Positions 55,701 through 64,000 of a DNA stretch of 64,000 nt are shown here, one piece after another; position 1 is the first letter of the stretch, and every line of letters starts with the position of its first letter. The stretch comes from Octopus vulgaris (Eukaryota). The notes under the pieces are model-generated. The model had not been told where the DNA came from. It searched no databases and was given only the letters and a program-made list of their open reading frames with translations. Made by a program: the position numbers and the translations under genes. The stretch is taken from contig OX597835.1 in assembly GCA_951406725.2 (NCBI GenBank), forward strand, positions 20,460,001 to 20,524,000, given 5' to 3'.

Positions 55701-56739
55701 TTTAATTATACAAAACGAGTTTGTTTACTGACGCCGTGACCCATATTTATAAGAAGAAAACAACGTCGACCCAGTGATGGATGAATGAGGTGACCAGTAT
55801 GCATTGTATTAACCTGAGCTTATTATAAACCAATAAATATTAGATGTAAAGATTTGAAAACCTATCTACTGTTATTTACGTTGCACTTCATAAACTCTAC
55901 GTTACCTCCATGCGCTACTTCAAACTGCTAGATATATTACTGAGGTTCCTAATTTTATTGCACTGTCTACGGTATGGGCAATTTGAATCATAAAACATGA
56001 TTTCAGTATCGTTGAAGAACAAGTTGCCAGTGACACGTCTTTAACTGATATACTTGTTTAATCAGACACATACACGTTAGGCTTCATTAACTTCCCTTAA
56101 GTACGTAGGAAAAAGGAATTTTGATACACAATCAGCAACATAAATGTCACACTTCATTAACTATCTTGACACACATCCGACAGTGAGATACTTGATACGC
56201 TATACACTGTTGGTTAATAGATATTTGATATCGTTAGCTGTACTGTTTGAATAATGATTATAATGAAGCTAATGCGTTTACAGTCTGAGCAGTTGTCGTA
56301 TTATCAGAACAGATGAATCCGTTAAATATACAAAAGATGGTTGGAGATGTTTGTTCAAGAGCTGTTGCCTTTCAGAATTTAAGTACAATTTAGTGTTCGT
56401 TGGATAAAATTAAAAAAAAAGAACAATATGGATTGGAAATATTTTCACTTTATCTTTTATTTTAGTCGAACAAATAAACCCCAATACTTGTTTCTTTAAG
56501 TCCCTTAATTTGTTGTGTCGTCCTTTTGGTGAAATGCTAATTTAAGGGGATGCAAACAAACCTGCTAACACCGGATGGTAAGGTGTGAGGATGGGGGAAT
56601 ACGTAAACAGAATCACATGCATGTATATCATCACACACACACACACACACAATACACACGTGTGTATTGTGTGTGTGTGTGATGATATACATGCATGTGC
56701 TTTTCACACACACATGCATTTCACACACACAATACACAC

Positions 56740-56789
<50 letters not shown>

Positions 56790-57114
56790 AAGAGTTTGTG
56801 TGTGATTGAAACCATTGATATGGAAGATAGAATATCCTGGGAACTCTGTTTACCACAGTGATTGTTTTGACACCCTGAACCGTTCTCTCATGAACGGGAA
56901 ACTACACAATGGTTTACAGTGCACATCACAATGCAGAAGTAGTCTCTTCAGGTGATGCAACTTAATTTCTCGTAACATAATGTTTCGCCCTTAAAATTTG
57001 AGGAGGAATGAAGAAATGCAAAGAATAAATTAAGTTGCTCAGCTGTAATTAGGAAAAGTACAATAGCAAAAATGAATAAAAATAGAGCATGCAATAAAAA
57101 AAACACTATACAGT

Positions 57115-57551
57115 GCGCAGGAGTGGCTGTGTGGTAAGTAGCTTGCTTACCAACCACATGGTTCCAGGTTCAGTCCCACTGCGTGGCCCCTTGGGTAAGT
57201 GTCTTCTACTATAGCCTCGGGCCGACCAAAGCCTTGTGAGTGGATTTGGTAGACGGAAACTGAAAAGAAGCCCGTCGTACATATGTATATAGATATATAT
57301 ATATATGTATGTGTGCGCGTGTGTTTGTGTGTGTGTGTTTTTGTCCGTACTAGCATTGCTTGACAACCGATGCTGGTGTGTTTATGTCGCCGTCACTTAG
57401 CGGTTCGGCAAAAAGAGACCGGATAGAATATGTACTGGGCTTACAAAAAAAGAATAAGTCCCGGGGTCGAGTTGCTCGACTAAAAGGCGGTGCCCCAGCA
57501 TGGCCGCAGTCAAATGACTGAAACAAGTAAAAGAGTAAAAGAGTAAAGAGT
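57115..57551 (+). mobile_element. SINE family A, full length
   Basis: Matches the family A pattern. Confidence 0.92.
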
Positions 57552-57711
57552 GTATCAGTATTTGTCCGAATGTTCTGAAGACTAGATAGTTGGCCATCGT
57601 TGTCAAGTGTGAGGCGTGGGCTAGGACTGGCCCAGGATGTTGGTAATGACTATTAGGCACACACTAATAACCTTACATATGCCTATATACACACATATGT
57701 ACACAGTGTAT

Positions 57712-57896
57712 TATTATTTTTGTTATTGTTCAGGTCACTGCTTGGAATCGAACTCGGAATCTTGGGGTTAGTAGCCCGCGCTCTTAACCACTACGACATA
57801 TGCCCTTGGCGCAGTGGTTAAGAGCACGGGCTACTAACTCCAAGGTTCCAAGTTCGATTCCAAGCAGTGACCTGAACAACAACAACAACAAACAAC

Positions 57897-57961
<65 letters not shown>

Positions 57962-58140
57962 CAACATCGAAAAATAACTTAGGAATGAGAACCCAGGTTC
58001 GAAATTTCCCCAAGACACCTGATGAAGGCTGGAGGGTATATCAGCCGAAACGTTGTGTTAACAACAAACAAGATGAGGACAAATATCCGTCAAATGTAAA
58101 TAATGTACGTAATTCCTCATCTCTTAAATATAGAACGTTA
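57712..58140 (+). mobile_element. tRNA-headed, hammerhead-bearing SINE/retrozyme-like element with inverted head copy
   Basis: A-box tggcgcagtgg 57807-57817, B-box gttcgattc 57852-57860, (AAC/AAT)n, HHR 58014-58059; inverted head 57728-57805; (ATT)n flanks. Confidence 0.8.
58014..58059 (+). ncRNA. Minimal type-I hammerhead ribozyme
   Basis: GACAC-CUGAUGA-A-GGCUG gaggguauau CAGCC-GAAA-CG-UU-GUGUU. Confidence 0.78.
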
Positions 58141-58566
58141 TTATTATTAGTCTCGTTATTATCATTTATACTAAGCACATTTTCAGTATCTACAGATGTA
58201 GACCTATACTTATTACATATTCATCTTCAATACTTAGTTTTTCCTTATCACATTTCTATTATTGTTTCTCTTGCATTTATTTAGCTTTGTTAAAAATAAG
58301 TTGTTTAATGTATTTATTTTTAACTTTTTTTCTAATACTCCCTATTATGTTACAACTTATCTAATAAGCTAACGTTTCTGGGAATTTTGTTATTATAATT
58401 CTGGATATATATATATTTTTTTTCCTTTTATCCAGCTTCAAATAATGCGTGCGTTTATTAATTTTGATTTGGTTTAACTACATTCTCATTAGCCGCAAGT
58501 TTTGAAATACGAGTAGATATATTTCCCGTCTACCATATTTACTCACAAATCGACGCAGAACTATAG

Positions 58567-58889
58567 TGGAAGCACTCCGTCGGTTACGACGATGAGGGTT
58601 CCGGTTGATCCGAATCAACGGAACAGCCTGCTCGTGAAATTAACGTGTAAGTGGCTGAGCACTCCACAGACACGTGCACCCTTAACGTAATTCTCGGGGA
58701 TATTCAGCGTGGCACAGAGAGTGACAAGGCCGGCCCTCTGAAATACAGGTACAACAGAAACAGGAAGTAAGAGTGAGAGAAAGTTGTGGTGAAAGAGTAC
58801 AGCAGGGATCACCACCACCCCCTGCCGGAGCCTCGTGGAGCTTTTTAGGTGTTTTCGCTCAATAAACACACACAACGCCCGGTCTGGGA
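58567..58889 (-). mobile_element. SINE family B, 5'-truncated, with TSD
   Basis: TSD gcagaactatag at 58555-58566 and 58890-58901. Confidence 0.92.
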
Positions 58890-59822
58890 GCAGAACTATA
58901 GCAGGCCTATAGAACAGACAGCGACATCTTGTCGAAATTCCAAGCGGTAAGACTAAAAAGGAAATCATATGGTGATACAACGATTTTTTAAAACCACCTT
59001 CATACCCATTTTTACCTTCATTTAATTGAGAAATAGAATTAATTGCTCGGATAATATTTCGAAATTATAAGAAGCTGCTATGTTTTTTTTATTTCAAATT
59101 TCATTTAATTAGATTCTATTTTAATTTAATTTATTTTGAATCTATTCTAATTTACTACAAGTTTATAAAATTAGCTTCTCTGTTATAATTGCTTCTTGAA
59201 ATTGTGTAAAAGGTGTGTGCATATCATTTCTTGGCTATTTATTTAAAATAGTTCACCAACGGAGAAAGAGCCAGTTTACCTCCTCGTAACAAAGTGTTTT
59301 CATTAAACGTCACACATCAAGAGGCAAGCAATTTTAATACGTTGATATATATCTATGTTCCTTGTGTGAGTCTGCGTGTGTATGTACATATTTGTGTGCA
59401 TGTATGTATGCCTACATCGTATTAGATCGTTTTAATTACGTGCATATCCTCGTGCAAACCTTTCTATAGCTGTTACGTATGCTGAATTATATACAATACG
59501 CGAACCCCCTGAAATTTGTACACGTTTTTATCACTTCATGCATGGCTTCCAGAAGTGAGTTTTTAATTACAGAACGTGACCCTTCCGGCTCTATGAAACC
59601 TGGCTTCTTCCAACTGGCAATGAAGTAATTATTTCCTTCATAAATTAGCCCAATAACCACATTTGCAAATGATTAAAGCTGACTCAGTTTCAACTGCATT
59701 CTCATATATAGACGCAGGTTTGAATAGATACACGCATGCCTGTATGTATGTCTGCGTCTATGTATGCATATATGTAAGTTCGTATGTAGGTATGCTTATA
59801 TCTGTGTATGTCTGTTAGTCTG

Positions 59823-59896
<74 letters not shown>

Positions 59897-59897
59897 T

Positions 59898-60067
59898 TAG
59901 TGTAGGAAGAAATGGAGCCATTTCTTCCTACACTATATAAACTTCAAATTTCCGCACTAAGGCACGGGTTTGAGACCCCATGGTCGTAACCTCAACCGTG
60001 ATTTTTGCTACCCAGGTATCGGTTATCATTTGAATAATCCGTAACAAGATAATTCATTTATCCATTT

Positions 60068-60072
<5 letters not shown>
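59898..60072 (+). mobile_element. Short (TA)n-embedded element beginning with a perfect 18-bp hairpin
   Basis: tagtgtaggaagaaatgg-ag-ccatttcttcctacacta (59898-59935). Confidence 0.55.
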
Positions 60073-60143
<71 letters not shown>

Positions 60144-60471
60144 TGTATGTATGAATGTATATATGTATGTATGCAAGTGTGTGCATATGTCCAGCATGTA
60201 CGTATCTATAATGTGTGCATGTATGTACACATGCATGTGTAAATATAGCAATGAAGAAGTAGTTTTCTCATTTTTGAAATCTTCACAAACTCATCTTTTT
60301 AGCTTCCAACTCAGAAACAACGAAGTTTCGCAGGAATTTGAACACTATCAATTCTGTATGTATCCATGTACTTCATACAGATGTGCGCATGCTCACGTAC
60401 TTACAATCACATGCAGACATGAGTATAAATATGTGAGTGCGCATTCATAATTCCTTTATGTCATATATATA

Positions 60472-60527
<56 letters not shown>

Positions 60528-61179
60528 CAAAATGGGATAAGAACGCAAAATACACAAAGACGCAAAAAAAAGGACGGGTCATTCGAAGCCTCTAATCTTC
60601 AGTCAGGAACCGGATCATCCTAGCAAATTTCGACTGATTAATCCTGATATCGCTCCGATCCGGCCAGCCCCAAGGAAAAACTAAGCTGCGAGCATTAGAT
60701 TTCTTGGAAAAAGGATCGAATGTATACGAAACAAGGACAGAAACACGGACGATGCCACACGAAAATAAATACAAAAAACAAAAATAAAAATAAAAACAAG
60801 AATGGTAATAACAGGACAAAAACAGCAGGTGTCTTACGACTTTCGACAATTTAACTTATCTTAGCCGTATTTTGAAATAAATGCCTTTGCGGCAGACGAA
60901 GAAAAAAACGGTGTTGTCACAGCAGCGGTCAACGGCGGAAAGGCTAGTTGACCAGCAGGTCACGTGAGAGTAGAGAAGAAGATATATATATATGTATATG
61001 TATTTCACGCTCAATGCAATGTTTCTCGTCCGATCACCGAACCTAAGAAACTCGAAATTGGGAAGTACTTAAATGGGTGACCACTTCGGAAACTTAGCAG
61101 CTGCAAGCTTCTCGCCTTACAGGCGCGGTCATTGCCGTGTACTAAGATATTTGCTTCTCAACTACATTGCTCAGATTCC

Positions 61180-61510
61180 AAACTACACTGGTCATCGAGT
61201 TCAGTTCCACTGCGGGGAATCATCAGCTAGTATCATCCTCTATAGCTTCGGGCTGACCAAAGCCTTGTGAGTGGATCTGGTACACGGAAACTGAAAGAAG
61301 CGCGTCGTATATATGTGTGTGTGTGTGTGTGTGGGTGCCTGTATTTTTGTATATTTTGGTATCCCACTACCACCGCCACGTCCCTGTAACTTCGCTGTTT
61401 GGCAATTATGCCGATAGAACACGTGATATGCTCAACAAAATATAATATCTACAGGGGTCGATATGTCGAAATAAACCATTTTAGTCTGATGACTGAAACA
61501 ATTATATGAT
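61180..61510 (+). mobile_element. SINE family A (old)
   Basis: gggctgaccaaagccttgtgagtggat...aactgaaagaagc. Confidence 0.75.
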
Positions 61511-61569
61511 AAAAGATAACATATAAACACACGCACGCGGGTGCAGACACATATACATGCTCATGTAAG

Positions 61570-61765
61570 TACATGGGTGCCGTTGGCGACTTCTTCTCCT
61601 TTGGATCTTTCCTTTTCTTCTCTCCGACGAAGAGCTATGTACGAAACATTAAACTCTCTCCTTCCACCGAGCCTCAAGCTAATACACTTCTTGTGGACAT
61701 CTTCACGTTCATTGTTTTCCCTTTTTTCTTGACTTTTATTCATTTATTTGAATTGTTTTGTGGGT
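61570..61765 (+). mobile_element. Decayed copy of the CCGACGA-hammerhead element
   Basis: ttggatctttcctt...CCGACGA-A-GAGC tat GTAC-GAAA-CA-TT-aaac; colinear with the 43695-43916 element. Confidence 0.6.
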
Positions 61766-61769
61766 TTTA

Positions 61770-61912
61770 ATTGCTAACCAACCACATGGTTCCGGGTTCA
61801 GTCCCACTGCGTGGCATCTTGGGCAAGTGTCTTCTGCTATGGCCCCGGGCCGACCAATGCATTGTGAGTGGATTTGGTAGACGGATACTCAAAGAAGCCC
61901 GTCGTATATATG

Positions 61913-61943
<31 letters not shown>

Positions 61944-62161
61944 TTGTGTGTCTGTGTTTGTCCCCCCACCATCGCTTGACAACCGATGCTGGTGTGTTTA
62001 CGTCCCCGTCACTTAGCGGTTCGGCAAAAGAGACCAATAGAATAAGTACTGGGCTTACAAAGAATAAGTCCCGGGGTCGATTTGCTCGACTAAAAGGCGG
62101 TATTCTAGCATGGCCGCAGTCAAATGACTGAAACAAGTAAAAGAGTAAAAGAGTAAAGAGT
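61770..62161 (+). mobile_element. SINE family A (5'-truncated)
   Basis: Matches the family A pattern. Confidence 0.9.
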
Positions 62162-64000
62162 ATATATGTTTTTGTGTAATGTCATTGATGAGAGAGTAAA
62201 AGGTGCCAAAACTATATTTCGTATGCACTTTACAACAGTTTAATTTGCAACTAACACCAGTCAATAAAAAGCCGGCACCATATTTCGAGTCCTCTTCTCA
62301 TAAGCCGACCCGACACCCAACCACACCATTCACCGAAATGTTCGACATTGTACTCTGATAGGAAAACAATCGATATTCGTCGTATATACTTATCCCGCCC
62401 CGCTATTATCTTCAAAATCTTCACGGATATTTTTAATTGAATGATAATGCATTTCGTTGGGGCGCACTAGCAAAACTTTATTCGACAGGAAGATGATCGA
62501 ATTAAATGTACGTCAGTTTAATACTGGCTATTATTTTATCGATCCCCGTGGGTTGAAAGGCAAAAATCAACATTGTGTATGGGAGGTAGCATAATATGAT
62601 TTTATATTCTAAAAGCAATGGCTTTACAGTTCCGGTCGCATCTATTTCACATTAGAATTTATAACTGAATATTTATAGGGAATTCTGTATAATATTTCGA
62701 CAAAAGCCTTTTACAGTCTACCGATTTATAAATCAAATCAGGCGTAAAGTTTATATTGTTAAGGAAACAAAACAAAACGAAAACAATATTTGTTGCTTGC
62801 TATTTGCATTCAATGTCTCCATGTAGGATGAGCATATATGTGTAACTAGAGAAGAAAGAGAAAGCCAGTTAAACAGCGAAAGTCTGCGATTAAATAATTT
62901 TAATTTTGTTCTATTGACAAATGTTAGTGATTTTTCCAGAAATATTCAATTATATATATTTGCTTGCCGTTTGCATCGTTGAAAGTTCATATGATTGTTA
63001 GAATGTCATTGCATTGCCTCCATATTAACAATTCGTTTTGGTGGTGGAAGAGGAGGTCGGTACGGTGGAAGGACGGAGGAGGTGTAGGTTTATAAATGTT
63101 ATTGCTTCAAATTGAATGTACCGGATTCCTTAATAATGGTAATTTCTGGCAGCATTTTATTTCTGATGTGTGTAAATGAATTTATATAGTTTTTCCTCCA
63201 ATTCACAGCCTCGTAAATTGAATTTAAATTAGAGCTTTGCCTATGCTTTGTCTAACGTCCATGACTCTCAGCGAATTGTTATTGGCGTTGGTTTAGTTGT
63301 TGTTGTTTCGTTAGTAAAATGCAATTAGTTCTTCCATCAATGTAGTTGATATTAAACATCATCTGAAATAAATAAATATGTTCGCTCTCTCTCCTCCTCT
63401 TCTTTCTCTCTCTCTCTGTCTTCCATTTTGTTTCTCCCTTTGTTTCCCCCTTTTTCTTCTCTCTCATTATCTGTAACTATTTTTTTTTTCATTTATTTAT
63501 GCAATTCTTTTATACGAAACCTTCGGGTGGAGCGAATTAAACCTTAGAATTTCGCAAGCCACTTTTAAACATGAGATTAACAACAACAACAAACACCAAG
63601 AATAACAACAACAACAACAACGAAAAACATCAAGAAAAACAACATCAACAAAAACAACAGCAGTCACAAGTATTAGAAGCTATAAACTGTTTGTTAGCAG
63701 ACATAAGGAAACTCATCATAAATGGAACATTTTTCTCCACTTAACCAGCATTGCAAACAGATATATAACATTTGTTTATATTGTTTTCATTCTGTATCAT
63801 TACCAGCATGATTTACCGTTGTTTTTTGTCTGTGTTGTTGCTGTCCTCACTACAACATTAAAGACTTCGCCAATCTGCGCTTATCAGAATGTATCATTAG
63901 TAGCACAGTTGCTTAATTGATAGGAAAATTGTTTTGTGGCATATAGTTATGGCGTTTTACATTCTGATTTCAAATCCCGTTGAGACCAATGAGTTTTTCA

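Noticed and set aside
60523-60985. (TA)n-flanked element with CTGAAGA on the minus strand near 60596-60602
   Set aside because: Probably another repeat terminus, but no GAAA, stem II or stem III follows, so no ribozyme call.

Overview
AT-rich, repeat-saturated eukaryotic DNA, intergenic or deep intronic. It is most likely from an octopus or other cephalopod; this is inferred from the SINE repertoire and microsatellite load, not verified. I can support no host protein-coding exon: nearly all ORFs in the track are translations of microsatellites or SINEs. The window holds more than 25 copies of about 5 tRNA-derived SINE families (several with TSDs), decayed LINEs (L1/Tx1-like, RTE, CR1/L2-like, R4-like), mariner, hAT, pogo and piggyBac-like remnants, and a non-autonomous Helitron. 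The most interesting signal is a set of short non-coding elements sitting in (TA)n or (ATT)n tracts. Many are fold-back inverted repeats, and about 6 unrelated families carry minimal type-I hammerhead ribozyme (HHR) motifs with a palindromic stem III, the hallmark of Penelope-like element (PLE) pLTRs and retrozymes. Highlights are a tRNA-headed (Pol III) SINE-like element with an HHR in its tail (57.7-58.1 kb), a G3:C8 core-covariant HHR (31.16 kb) and a CCGACGA-core family (3 copies). All structures were folded by eye. SINE family letters are my own labels, and most element boundaries are approximate.
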